Source: Anaerolineales bacterium (lineage in GTDB: Bacteria; Chloroflexota; Anaerolineae; Anaerolineales; RBG-16-64-43). Taken from it: 64,000 bases of DNA. Every line of letters starts with the position of its first letter. The first letter of the stretch is position 1. Under the pieces are notes generated by a model. The model was not told where the DNA came from, did no database searches, and worked only from the letters and a program-made list of their open reading frames with translations. A program made the translations under genes and the position numbers. This document shows positions 36,279-45,632 of this stretch, in pieces. Location: the NCBI GenBank assembly GCA_016932475.1, contig JAFGCU010000056.1, positions 13,787 to 77,786 on the forward strand, written 5' to 3'.

Positions 36279-38717
36279 TTATTTTCCCTTGGTAAACGTT
36301 ATTCCCTTTCCTTCCTGGTACTCCGCCAGGATGGTATCCCCGTTCTTGAAATCCCCGCGTAGGAGCCGGACCGAGATTGGGCTTTCGATGTGTTTCTGCA
36401 GCGCGCGATGCAGCGGGCGCGCTCCATAGGCCGGGTCAAACCCCTCCTTGGCCAGCCACTGGCGGGCTTCCTCGGTCAGGGTCACGGTCAACCCCTGTTC
36501 AGACAGCCGCTGCTGGATCTGCTTCATCTGCAGTCCGACGATCTTTTCCATATCCTCCAGTTGCAGCGGGGAGAAGATGATGATCTCGTCGATCCGGTTC
36601 AGGAACTCCGGGCGGAAGGTGCTCTTTAGCGCCTTTTCGATCTTCTCGTTGGATTCCTCCTCCTCCCCGTTTTCTCCCTTGCGCAGGAAACCGAGCGAAC
36701 CGGATTTCCTGACGAATTCCGTTCCGAGGTTGCTGGTCATAATCAGGACGGTGTTCCGAAAATCCACCACCCGGCCCTGCCCGTCGGTCATCCGTCCGTC
36801 GTCGAGGATCTGCAACAGCGCGTTCCACACATCCGGGTGCGCCTTTTCAATCTCATCGAAGAGCACCACCCGGTACGGCCGGCGGCGGACCGACTCGGTC
36901 AGCTGACCGCCCTCTTCAAATCCGACATAACCGGGCGGCGCGCCGAAAAGGCGGCTGACCGTGTGCTGTTCGTGATATTCGGACATATCCACGCGGACCA
37001 GCGCGTCTTCGTCGTCGAAGAGGAACTGAGCCAGGGCTTTGGCGAGTTCGGTTTTGCCCACGCCCGAGGAGCCGAGGAAGATGAACGACCCGATCGGCCG
37101 GCGCGGATCCTTTAATCCGGAGCGGGCGCGGCGGATGGCGTCCGCCAGGGCGTGGATGGCGTCGTCCTGGCCGATAATCCGCTCCTCCAACCGTTCCTCC
37201 ATGTGCAGGAGTTTCTCGGACTCGGCCTCCAGCATCGTGGTCACCGGGATTCCCGTCCACTGCGCCACGACTTCGGCGATGTCGTTCTCGTCCACCACCT
37301 CATCCAGCCGATGCTCGGATTCCCACTGGTTGCGCTTGGCGTTGAACTCGGCCTCGATCCGCAGCCGTTCGGCTTTCTTCTGGGCGGCGTGTTCGTAATC
37401 GCGCGCCAGCCCGGCCTGTTCCTCTTCGCCCTGCAACCGGGTCAGTTCCGCCTTGAGCTTTTTAAGTTCCGGCGGAAGCGAATACAGGGCGACGCGCAGC
37501 TTGGCGGCCGCCTCATCCATCAGGTCGATCGCCTTGTCCGGAAGGCGCCGGTCGGTCACGTAGCGGTGCGAGAGCTTGACCGCCGCATCCAGCGCCGCAT
37601 CCGAGAACCGTACCTTGTGATGCGCCTCGTAGCGGTCGCGCAGGCCGCGCAGCATGGCGGCGGTTTCCTCCTCGCTCGGTTCGTCGACGTACACCGGGGC
37701 GAAGCGCCGTTCGAGCGCCGCGTCCTTCTCGATGTGTTTGTGGTATTCGTCCAGGGTGGTCGCGCCCACGCACTGCAGTTCCCCGCGTGCCAGGGCCGGT
37801 TTGAGCATGTTGGAGGCGTCCATCGCGCCCTGGGCCGCCCCCGCTCCGACCACCGTGTGCAGCTCGTCGATAAACAGAATGACCTCACCGGCCGCGCGCT
37901 GGATTTCCTCAATGGCCGCCTTCAGCCGTTCCTCGAACTCGCCGCGGAACCGCGATCCGGCGATCATCCCCGAAAGATCGAGCGCCACCACCCGTTTGCC
38001 GATCAGGATCTCCGGCACGTCGCCGGTGGCGATCTTCTGAGCCAGCCCTTCCACGATGGCGGTTTTTCCCACGCCCGCCTCACCGATCAGAACCGGGTTG
38101 TTTTTCGTCCGTCGCGAGAGGATCTGCACCACCCGCAGGATTTCCTCATCCCGGCCGATCACCGGATCGAGCTTGCCTTCCTTCGCCATCTGGGTCAGGT
38201 CGCGGGAATATTTTTCGAGCGTCCGGTAGCGGCTTTCCGCCTGCGGGTCGGTCACCCGTTGGCCGCCGCGGATCTCGCGGATGATTTCCATCACCCGCTC
38301 CTTGGTGATGCCGCTCTCGAGCAGGATCCGGCCCGCGTTGGTATTGTGCTCGGCCGCCAAGATGGCGAGGAACACGTGCTCGGTGGATATGTATTCGTCC
38401 TTCAGGCGGTTGGCCTCCTCGTTGGCCAGGTCGATCACCCGCTTGACCCGCGGGGTGATGAAGATCTGACCGGTGCCCTGCCCGTAGATGCTGGCCTTCG
38501 GGCTGCCGCGCAGAACAGAGTCCAATCGCTGGGACAGCAGATCCACATTGACGTTTAGTTTAACAAGGATCTGGGGGGTGACACCGTCCGGCTGTTCCAG
38601 GAGCGCCAGCAGAAGGTGTTCGGTATCGATCTGGTTGTGGCCGTAGCGCTGGATGATCTCGGCCGCCCGCTGGGCGGCATCCTGGGCGCGTTCGGTGAAC
38701 CGGTCAAATCGCATCAT
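36279..38717 (-). CDS. clpC: AAA+ chaperone/unfoldase ClpC-type (Clp ATPase, two NBDs)
   Basis: Clp_N repeats, two Walker A ([16 protein letters not shown]). Short UVR-like middle domain ([13 protein letters not shown]) rather than the long ClpB coiled coil. LGF loop ([10 protein letters not shown]). ATG at 38717 chosen. Confidence 0.88.
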   Translation of the reverse strand: MMRFDRFTERAQDAAQRAAEIIQRYGHNQIDTEHLLLALLEQPDGVTPQILVKLNVNVDLLSQRLDSVLRGSPKASIYGQGTGQIFITPRVKRVIDLANEEANRLKDEYISTEHVFLAILAAEHNTNAGRILLESGITKERVMEIIREIRGGQRVTDPQAESRYRTLEKYSRDLTQMAKEGKLDPVIGRDEEILRVVQILSRRTKNNPVLIGEAGVGKTAIVEGLAQKIATGDVPEILIGKRVVALDLSGMIAGSRFRGEFEERLKAAIEEIQRAAGEVILFIDELHTVVGAGAAQGAMDASNMLKPALARGELQCVGATTLDEYHKHIEKDAALERRFAPVYVDEPSEEETAAMLRGLRDRYEAHHKVRFSDAALDAAVKLSHRYVTDRRLPDKAIDLMDEAAAKLRVALYSLPPELKKLKAELTRLQGEEEQAGLARDYEHAAQKKAERLRIEAEFNAKRNQWESEHRLDEVVDENDIAEVVAQWTGIPVTTMLEAESEKLLHMEERLEERIIGQDDAIHALADAIRRARSGLKDPRRPIGSFIFLGSSGVGKTELAKALAQFLFDDEDALVRVDMSEYHEQHTVSRLFGAPPGYVGFEEGGQLTESVRRRPYRVVLFDEIEKAHPDVWNALLQILDDGRMTDGQGRVVDFRNTVLIMTSNLGTEFVRKSGSLGFLRKGENGEEEESNEKIEKALKSTFRPEFLNRIDEIIIFSPLQLEDMEKIVGLQMKQIQQRLSEQGLTVTLTEEARQWLAKEGFDPAYGARPLHRALQKHIESPISVRLLRGDFKNGDTILAEYQEGKGITFTKGK

Positions 38718-38895
38718 AAGATGGATTTCCTCCACGGAAAGGGGGGATGCGGAGCGTTCACGGATAAGATTATATCCTCACGGCGGGCAAGCCGCTGGAT
38801 GTACATATCCTACTCCGTGAGTATTAACGAAGTGTTGGTGTCCGGAGTCCGGTTTCCGATACCGCGGAGGACCCCGCCCTTGCCCGCCGACCGCC

Positions 38896-39900
38896 TCAGG
38901 TTGAATCCGGCGGTGCGGTTGCCTCCGCTGTCAACCGCATATAGATAAGTGTATACACCGCGTTGGTCCAGCTCACCCATACCGCCGAAACCAGCCATCC
39001 GACCGGCAGGGAGAGCAGGAACAGCGCTCCGGACAAGTACAGGAGCGGCATATTCAGCATTCCCAATTCTTGGACCATCGGCCAAATCCCCGCCAGGAAC
39101 ACTCCGATCGCCGGCGCCGTCCACAACACGCTGACGACGCCCATTCCTAGCGAAAGCGCAAACACGATCAACCCGATAATCATCAACGGTCCCAAAGACC
39201 GCAGAATTACCTTCCAGGACCGCCGGATAGAAGCGCGGATTCCCAGATCCTCGATCACAATCGCTAATTTTGCAAAGTAAAAATAGAGCGACAGCAGGGT
39301 GGCGGCTGTGAAGACGCCGCAGTACACCGGGCATATTAGCAGGAGCGGGATGAGAATGACACCGGGGAAATCCCGGCCACCATAGAGAAATCGATGCATT
39401 CCGAGCATCAATGCTCCGAAAATCACCAGGAAGGCGACGACGGCCATCGCCAGGCGGACGAGAAAATCCATGATGGTGACCGCCAGCAGACGCCCGAAAT
39501 AGCGGCCTCCCATCGACCAAGCCTCCCGGACCGTGACGGATTCCCCGGTATCCGCTTTCCGTATCCCCGCGATTAATGCGCCGTGCCCGCGGACGGCCAG
39601 GAGGTTCAGCAGAATCCAAACGACAAGAACGCATCCCGCCGCGATTGCGGCGTATACCCAGGCGGAACTCCAATCGATGGCATTTACCCATTCGAGGAAA
39701 TTTCGAATTTCCGGCGGGAGGAATTCGGAATTGCCGGAAAGGTCCATGCCGGAGATCCGGTTTTGCAGATTAATGGAGTTGCTGCCGCCGCTTGCCGTCT
39801 CGCTGACCAGCACGATAAAAAAACTGAACACCCACAGGGATTTGTTTTTCCAGGTGATTTGCCATGCGCGGATGAGTATTTGACCGAAATCAATTTTCAT
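38896..39900 (-). CDS. polytopic membrane protein, paralog family member 1
   Basis: Inside ORF 38896..39966. GGGAGG RBS before MKIDFGQILIRAWQITWKNKSLW. The N-terminal motif is shared with 41210..42226 and 42270..43181. Confidence 0.75.
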   Translation of the reverse strand: MKIDFGQILIRAWQITWKNKSLWVFSFFIVLVSETASGGSNSINLQNRISGMDLSGNSEFLPPEIRNFLEWVNAIDWSSAWVYAAIAAGCVLVVWILLNLLAVRGHGALIAGIRKADTGESVTVREAWSMGGRYFGRLLAVTIMDFLVRLAMAVVAFLVIFGALMLGMHRFLYGGRDFPGVILIPLLLICPVYCGVFTAATLLSLYFYFAKLAIVIEDLGIRASIRRSWKVILRSLGPLMIIGLIVFALSLGMGVVSVLWTAPAIGVFLAGIWPMVQELGMLNMPLLYLSGALFLLSLPVGWLVSAVWVSWTNAVYTLIYMRLTAEATAPPDST

Positions 39901-40182
39901 ATTCGCCTCCCTATTGGATATGGATTCGGCTGACCGGATTGGCCAAGGGGATGTATTCTCCCCCATCCTTTGATTATATCCCCTGGTTCCCCCTCCCGCC
40001 GCAAGGATTCCTATTCCGTGGATCCATTACAATCATGAGGAAAATATCCATACAATAGCATATCGCCACCGCCGGATGCGGCGGCTTTATAAAGCCGCAC
40101 CCGGAAGATGCGCTCCTGCCGGTCCTCTCTGTTCGTATTATTCTCCCTTTTGCCAGACGGTCTTTTCGGTCCCCCTTTCTCC

Positions 40183-40225
40183 GGATCCAATCCCCCCATC
40201 CCTTCGGGATGGGGGGATTGGATCC
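40183..40225. repeat. perfect 43-nt palindrome (20-bp arms, TTC centre)
   Basis: ggatccaatccccccatccc-ttc-gggatggggggattggatcc, checked base by base. Confidence 0.9.
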
Positions 40226-40468
40226 ATACGCCGAAACGGAGGAACCCGGGGGGAAAGGTGATCAAGCCGATATTTATCAGAAAGAATGTATTTCATGGAT
40301 CTTCGAGAACACATTGTCTCGATTTTCGCATGATTTTTCGATTACGAAACCATCTCCCTCTCCACCGATAAAACCTTTTCAATCTACTCACGGCCAGAGG
40401 CGTTGGTTTTGAAATTAAACAATATATCCAAGTTGACCTATGGTATTGACGCAAGTATGGGGGAAATA

Positions 40469-40529
40469 AATGAGCTCCATCCGGAGAGCGATAATCCCTT
40501 TCTCTCTCCCAGGAGCTCATTATTTTTAC
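40469..40529. terminator. bidirectional intrinsic-terminator-like hairpin
   Basis: aatgagctcc-atcc-ggagag-...-ctctcc-ca-ggagctcatt is followed by atttttac on the plus strand and, on the minus strand, by tttatttcc. It lies 40 nt downstream of the DUF3597 stop (40561, minus strand). Confidence 0.5.
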
Positions 40530-40560
40530 GCATGCCCGGGTCTTTCAACCCGGCAGACGA

Positions 40561-40992
40561 TCAGTCTAGCAAATTTTTCGGGATATTGCCGCCGTTATCG
40601 GCGATGGCCTTCAGCGTGGCTTTGTGCAGCCACATGTTCCGCTTGAAGGAATCGTTGAGAATATCGGTCGGGCACTTAAGATCGACCGCCAATTCCTTCA
40701 GGTCGTCGGCGCCGTGCGGAAGGTCCAACAGGACGAGCAAGTCCACAATGGATTCCTTCCAGTTGAGCTTCATCGGGTTCTTTGCGGCCATTCCCTCAAG
40801 CTTGCCGACCACGTCGACCACGTCCACCGGCTTGGGCGCAACCGAAGCCGCCGTGGCGGTGCTGGCAGCGGACGGCGTGTAATACTGCGACGATGTTCCG
40901 GAAGTTCGCGGCGAAGCGGGTGCGGCAGGCGCTGCCGCTGCGGGTTTCTTTTTCAAACCAAGTTTTTCGAGGATGTTATCGAAAAGGCCCAT
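40561..40992 (-). CDS. DUF3597-like protein
   Basis: MGLFDNILEKLGLKKK N-terminus, Ala/Pro/Ser linker, conserved C-terminal domain (KLNWKESIVDLLVLLDL...). Recalled as the DUF3597 pattern. Confidence 0.7.
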   Translation of the reverse strand: MGLFDNILEKLGLKKKPAAAAPAAPASPRTSGTSSQYYTPSAASTATAASVAPKPVDVVDVVGKLEGMAAKNPMKLNWKESIVDLLVLLDLPHGADDLKELAVDLKCPTDILNDSFKRNMWLHKATLKAIADNGGNIPKNLLD

Positions 40993-41057
40993 ATCAGATC
41001 CTTTCTAAATCATTGTTTGAATTGGAGCTGCGGGCGATCTTCTTTCTTGGTTTATTG

Positions 41058-41085
41058 ATTGTATCATCGAATTTCTGAATGGCAA
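41058..41085 (-). promoter_or_regulatory. candidate promoter TTGCCA-16-(TGa)TACAAT for the DUF3597 gene
   Basis: Minus-strand read cTTGCCAttcagaaattcgaTGaTACAATcaat, with an extended -10. It sits in a locally AT-rich gap about 65 nt upstream of the ATG at 40992. Confidence 0.5.
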
Positions 41086-41151
41086 GCGGGAAGGGAGTGA
41101 TGGAAATTATTTTTGGCATGGAAGTACGGTAATACTCCGGTATATGCGCTA

Positions 41152-41180
41152 TGAGGCCCCCCGGAAAATCCGGGGGGCCT
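41152..41180. terminator. strong GC hairpin downstream of 41210..42226
   Basis: gaggccccccgga-aaa-tccggggggcctc (13-nt perfectly complementary arms), 30 nt after the stop on the minus strand. No U-tract. Confidence 0.45.
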
Positions 41181-41209
41181 CGCGGATCTGCTATTCTCTT
41201 TCCGCTGTA

Positions 41210-42226
41210 TCACGCCGGGATTTGCGGTTGAGCATCCGCCGGGATAACCGGCAGCGGCGATCGCTGTATGAACTCCCGGTATGCCAGCACCATCACGGCG
41301 GTTTCCCAGACGGTCATCACCGCCTGGACGATCCAGGAAGCGATGATGAAGAGCGCCAACAGCACGATCCCGGCCACCAGCAGCCCCGAATTAAGAGCGC
41401 CCGATCCGGTGATCAGCGGCAGCATGCTCAGGAAGATCATCACGCCGGAGGGCGCGAACAGGATCAGCAGACCCAGACCCACCCCCAAGGTGACCGCGAA
41501 CAGGATCAGGCACAGAATGGCGACCGGGCCGATATTATCCCGCATGACACTCCAGGCCCGGCCGATGGCATCCCCGACTCCGAGCTTTTCCACGACTACC
41601 GCGTAATCCATGTAGGCGAACCACACGGCGACAATTATCCCGATGATAAAGCTGACAAAGATCATCGGAATGAACCCGAGGCCGCAGGTTAATATGCCGA
41701 TGAACATCATCGGGAGGAAGAGGACGATCCCGATCAGGAGTGTAACAATGACACCGATAAAGCGGATCAGGAACAACCGCAGGAAGTTATGGACGCCAAT
41801 GTCCCAGGCTTCCCGGAATGAGGCCTTGCCGCCGGTGTCGGCCGCAATAATTCCGCCAATCAGGCCGCCGCGCCCGACGATCGAGAGCAGCCAGAGCGCC
41901 AACCCGAGCAGGAGCAGCGAGCACACCACCACCACCGCGATGGTGATCCAGGTATTGAGATCAATCTTCGCGAGCTGGTCGAATGCCGGCTGCCACTCCC
42001 GCGGGACGTCGCCCCGGGGGTAGTCGCCCTGCGGATAATCGCCCCGCCGGGAGTCACTAAAATTTATGTTGTTGTTGAATTGAAAGTTCGGGGGACCGCC
42101 GTTGCCCGAGCCTTGCCAGCCGGCTCCCCCCAGGGCCGCCAGGAATCCAAAAAACCAGAGCATCTTGAATTTCCAGGTGATATTCCAGGCTTTCGTCAGC
42201 AGGGAAGAATAATCGATTCTCATCAA
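41210..42226 (-). CDS. polytopic membrane protein, paralog family member 2
   Basis: MMRIDYSSLLTKAWNITWKFKMLWFFGFL. Contains a short GDYPQGDYPRGDVP repeat in the first loop. Confidence 0.75.
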   Translation of the reverse strand: MMRIDYSSLLTKAWNITWKFKMLWFFGFLAALGGAGWQGSGNGGPPNFQFNNNINFSDSRRGDYPQGDYPRGDVPREWQPAFDQLAKIDLNTWITIAVVVVCSLLLLGLALWLLSIVGRGGLIGGIIAADTGGKASFREAWDIGVHNFLRLFLIRFIGVIVTLLIGIVLFLPMMFIGILTCGLGFIPMIFVSFIIGIIVAVWFAYMDYAVVVEKLGVGDAIGRAWSVMRDNIGPVAILCLILFAVTLGVGLGLLILFAPSGVMIFLSMLPLITGSGALNSGLLVAGIVLLALFIIASWIVQAVMTVWETAVMVLAYREFIQRSPLPVIPADAQPQIPA

Positions 42227-42269
42227 TGCCTCCGCATGGTCATTATGGCCAATTGAGTATACGTATGTA

Positions 42270-43181
42270 TCACACTGAGGGGTTCGGGATCCGTCCGGCC
42301 GCCTCCGCGGCCGCCGCCCGGTAGGTCAACGTGAAATAAACCGTGCTGAAGACCATCGCAAGCGTCAACAGCGCCAGGCCGACCGGGGAAGCCAGCACGC
42401 AGATGGCGGCGGCGATCGCGGTTCCGGCCGTGGAATTGCTCAACCAAGCCGCGGCAAAAAGGATCAACACAACCGCAATAAAGAAGGCAAGAATAAAGGC
42501 GACCGTCAGGGCAAGGATCGCCTGCACGATGTACGCGAGCAGGAATCCCCACCACCCCGAGCGCACAAGTTTCCCCACCCGTCGGAAAGCCGTCCGTGGC
42601 CGAGCATCCTCGATCGCCACCGACATCATCAGCAGGAAAACCAGAATCCCAAGAACGAGGGTGACGGGTGAGAGAAACGTCTGAATCATCGCCACGACCG
42701 CCGATCCCCAGACGGTGTTCTCGCGCAGGAGAATGGCAAGCAGGACGGGAAGGATTCCCATCGCCTGAATCACCAAGCCGAAGGTGAAGGCCAATTTCAA
42801 GAGACTAAGCCAGCGTTCTTTCCCCAATCGCAGCGCCTCGCGGATGGAGATGGTTTTTCCGTCCGCCGCCGAATCGGCCGCCCGGATCATCGCAGTCTGG
42901 ATGGCCCATGTGAGCAGTGACGTTATGGTTAATCCGATCAGGGAAATTACGAGGAACAATACCCATTCCGGCGTCGAAAAATCCTGTAATGGAAGTGGTA
43001 ATGAATTTGCCGCATTATTTCCGGCCGGAAGCATCCCATACGACGCGGCGGCTCCCATGCCGCCGGCCAGGATCAACGCCGGGATCATCACCGGATATAA
43101 AAGAAAAGCCAGGATCCAGACCGCCTTCGTGCGGAAGGTGATCTGAATACTCTCACGGATAATTTGGAGGGGATCCATCAT
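42270..43181 (-). CDS. polytopic membrane protein, paralog family member 3
   Basis: Inside ORF 42270..43217. ATG ATG at 43176-43181 after GGAG. MMDPLQIIRESIQITFRTKAVWILAFLL. Confidence 0.7.
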   Translation of the reverse strand: MMDPLQIIRESIQITFRTKAVWILAFLLYPVMIPALILAGGMGAAASYGMLPAGNNAANSLPLPLQDFSTPEWVLFLVISLIGLTITSLLTWAIQTAMIRAADSAADGKTISIREALRLGKERWLSLLKLAFTFGLVIQAMGILPVLLAILLRENTVWGSAVVAMIQTFLSPVTLVLGILVFLLMMSVAIEDARPRTAFRRVGKLVRSGWWGFLLAYIVQAILALTVAFILAFFIAVVLILFAAAWLSNSTAGTAIAAAICVLASPVGLALLTLAMVFSTVYFTLTYRAAAAEAAGRIPNPSV

Positions 43182-43207
43182 CCTGCTCCGGTCACCCCCG
43201 CTGCCGG

Positions 43208-44749
43208 TCATTCCCATTCGATGGTCGCGGGGGGTTTGCTGGTGATGTCGTACACGACGCGGTTGATCCCCTTTACCTCGTTCACGATCCGGCTGGAGAT
43301 CCGCGCCAGGAGTTCATGGGGCAGCCGGGCCCAATCGGCGGTCATGAAATCCTCGGTGGTGACGGCGCGGATGGCGCACACTTCTTGATAGGTGCGGCCG
43401 TCGCCCATCACACCCACCGAGCGGACGGGCAGCAGGACCACGAACGCCTGCGCGGTTTCGCCGCGCAGCATGCCGGCGGCGGCGAGTTCTTCGTCGAGGA
43501 TCTTTTCCGCCGCCCGCAGGATGGCCAGCCGTTCCCACGCGACCTCGCCGAGACAGCGCACCGCCAGCCCCGGGCCGGGGAACGGCTGGCGCCAAACCAG
43601 CGATTCCGGCAGGCCGAGTTCGGCGCCGACCTTGCGGACCTCATCCTTGAACAGGTACCGCAGCGGTTCCACCAATTCAAACCCGAGGTCTTTCGGCAGG
43701 CCGCCGACGTTATGGTGGGTTTTAATTTTATCGGCCGACGAGCGCTCGGCGGCGCGGCTTTCCACCACATCCGGATAAATCGTCCCCTGAACCAGGAAGC
43801 GGGCTTGGCCGCCTTTTCCACCCGCCTGCTGAGCCTCACGCTCGAATACGCGTATGAACTTCTCGCCGATGATCTTGCGCTTCTCTTCGGGATCCGACAC
43901 GCCCGCGAGCGCATCCAAAAACTCTTCCGCGGCGTTGACCGCGACGAGTTTCGCCCCGAGCGTTTCGCGGAAGGCGGCCGCCACCGCTTCCGGCTCGCCG
44001 GCGCGCAGCATGCCGGTATCGACGAAGATGCAGGTGAGCTGGCGTCCCACCGCCCTGTGCACCAGCGCGGCCGCGACGGTGGAATCCACGCCGCCGCTGA
44101 CCCCCGCGACGACCGCTTCGCTCCCCAGTTGCCGCCGGATGGCCGCCACGCTCTGCTCGATGACCGAGCCGGGAGTCCATTCGGGGGCGACCTCCGTTGT
44201 GCGCAGGAAGGAGGCCAGAATTTCGCGGCCTCCTTCGGTGTGGTTCACCTCCGGGTGGAATTGGATCGCATACAGGCGCCGGGCCGGATGTTCCATCGCC
44301 GAAATCGGGCAGTTGTCGGAGACGGCGGTCGTTTGAAATCCTTCCGGAAGCCTGTCCACCCGGTCGCCATGACTCATCCACGCCCGGAAGGATTTTCCCG
44401 GGAGGATGGCGGACCCGGATTCCGGCCGGACTTCCGCCCGCCCGTATTCCCGGCGGTCCGATGGCGCCACACGGCCGCCGAGCGCGCGGGCCAACAGGTG
44501 CATGCCGTAACAGATGCCGAGAACGGGCAATCCGGAGGATAGCACGAAGGCCGGCAGGCCGGGCGCTCCCGGATCGTACACGCTGTTCGGCCCGCCGGAG
44601 AGAATGAACGCCTTTGGCTTCAGCGCCATCACCTTCTCCTCCGGCGCGTCATGCGGAAACAGCTCGCAGTAAACCTGCGCCTCGCGGATTCTGCGTGCGA
44701 TCAGCTGCGAATATTGCGATCCAAAATCGAGAATGGCGACGGCATCCAT
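43208..44749 (-). CDS. guaA: GMP synthase (glutamine-hydrolysing)
   Basis: Inside ORF 43208..44764, whose track start is a TTG. ATG at 44749 after [35 protein letters not shown]-terminal KPPATIEWE. Confidence 0.97.
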   Translation of the reverse strand: MDAVAILDFGSQYSQLIARRIREAQVYCELFPHDAPEEKVMALKPKAFILSGGPNSVYDPGAPGLPAFVLSSGLPVLGICYGMHLLARALGGRVAPSDRREYGRAEVRPESGSAILPGKSFRAWMSHGDRVDRLPEGFQTTAVSDNCPISAMEHPARRLYAIQFHPEVNHTEGGREILASFLRTTEVAPEWTPGSVIEQSVAAIRRQLGSEAVVAGVSGGVDSTVAAALVHRAVGRQLTCIFVDTGMLRAGEPEAVAAAFRETLGAKLVAVNAAEEFLDALAGVSDPEEKRKIIGEKFIRVFEREAQQAGGKGGQARFLVQGTIYPDVVESRAAERSSADKIKTHHNVGGLPKDLGFELVEPLRYLFKDEVRKVGAELGLPESLVWRQPFPGPGLAVRCLGEVAWERLAILRAAEKILDEELAAAGMLRGETAQAFVVLLPVRSVGVMGDGRTYQEVCAIRAVTTEDFMTADWARLPHELLARISSRIVNEVKGINRVVYDITSKPPATIEWE

Positions 44750-44866
44750 GGATGGAATCTCCAAGGGGAGTCTAAAAATTTTTAAGCGCCGGTCCCCCGT
44801 CCCTCCCCCTGAAAACCATTGCCCCTCAATGGTAAAAAAAAGGGGAGGAAAAGATTCAAATTTAAA

Positions 44867-45448
44867 TCAACCGCCGAAAGCGGCGAAAACGATCCGCCCG
44901 TCCTGCATATCCGTGATCACCGCCAGGGCTTCCACGGGGACCCCGGTGGGAGCCAGCAGGCCGCGTCCGCCGTCGAAGGTTTTTTCGATCAGCGTGCCGA
45001 TCCCGACCACTTCCGCGCCGGCCGCCTGCGCCAGCCGCACCAGCCCGAGGATGGTCTGCCCGCTGGCCAAAAAGTCGTCGATGATCAAAACCTTATCCCC
45101 TTCGGCCAGGAATTCGGGGGAGACGATCAACTCGATCGTCCGCCCCTTGGTGTGAGACGGCGCGAGGGTCAGGAATACCTGGTCCGGCATGGTGATCGGT
45201 TTGGATTTGCGCGCGTAGACGACGGGCAGTTTGAGATGGAGGGCGGCCAGCAGCGCCGGAGCGATCCCGGATATTTCCGCGGTGAGGATCTTGGTCGCCC
45301 CGAGGCTCTTAAACCGCTCCGCGAATTCCCGCCCGCAGGCATCCATTAAAAGCGGATCCACCTGGTGATTGATGAACCCGTCGACCTTGAGGATTCCGTT
45401 CCCCAGGTTGCGTCCGTTTTTAAGGATCCGCTCTTCGAGCAACTTCAT
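44867..45448 (-). CDS. xpt: xanthine phosphoribosyltransferase
   Basis: Inside ORF 44867..45481. GGAGG RBS. MKLLEERILKNG...ILKVDGFINHQVD...VLIIDDFLASGQT (PRPP motif). Confidence 0.92.
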   Translation of the reverse strand: MKLLEERILKNGRNLGNGILKVDGFINHQVDPLLMDACGREFAERFKSLGATKILTAEISGIAPALLAALHLKLPVVYARKSKPITMPDQVFLTLAPSHTKGRTIELIVSPEFLAEGDKVLIIDDFLASGQTILGLVRLAQAAGAEVVGIGTLIEKTFDGGRGLLAPTGVPVEALAVITDMQDGRIVFAAFGG

Positions 45449-45543
45449 AATTCCTCCGATCCGCCGCCGAGAGTATAGCACAGACCGTTACCCGGGAATC
45501 GGCATTAACCGATGAACGCCGGCGTGGATGCCGGCGTTCGCGA

Positions 45544-45616
45544 GTGCCCCAGGAGGGAATTGAACCCCCAGCCTTAGCCTTAGGAGTGCTCTGCTCTATC
45601 CGTTGAGCTACTGGGG
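45544..45616 (-). tRNA. tRNA-Arg (anticodon CCU), non-canonical anticodon stem
   Basis: Minus-strand read GCCCCAG-UA-GCUC-AACGGAUA-GAGC-A-GAGCA-CUCCUAA-GGCUA-AGGCU-GGGGG-UUCAAUU-CCCUC-CUGGGGC-A. There is a perfect 7-bp acceptor, D and T arms. The anticodon stem has only 3 Watson-Crick pairs (G27/A43 and A31/G39 mismatched). No encoded CCA. Confidence 0.75.
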
Positions 45617-45632
45617 CATCGAGGTTTTCAAA

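Noticed and set aside
37152-38558. 468-aa plus-strand ORF inside clpC.
   Set aside because: It is a shadow of the Clp ATPase gene, with a repetitive Arg/Leu/Gly-rich translation.
38718-38895. CIRCE (HrcA) or CtsR operator upstream of clpC.
   Set aside because: ttaatactc-N9 resembles only the left CIRCE half-site (7/9), and the right half does not match. There is no GGTCAAA direct repeat. A TATAAT hexamer is present but has no convincing -35.
40011-40520. ORFs 40011..40265, 40293..40520 (minus strand) and 40108..40371 (plus strand) in the AT-rich island.
   Set aside because: They have no RBS, their composition is unlike neighbouring genes, and the translations are basic and low-complexity. 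One of them (40011..40265) spans the 43-nt palindrome, which can be read in both directions.
43316-44542. 408-aa plus-strand ORF inside guaA.
   Set aside because: It is a shadow of GMP synthase.
45449-45543. Purine (guanine/xanthine) riboswitch upstream of xpt.
   Set aside because: I read the minus strand and found no UAUAAU...CUACC...CCGACUA-type conserved junctions. There are only two simple hairpins, and the first more likely ends the tRNA transcript.
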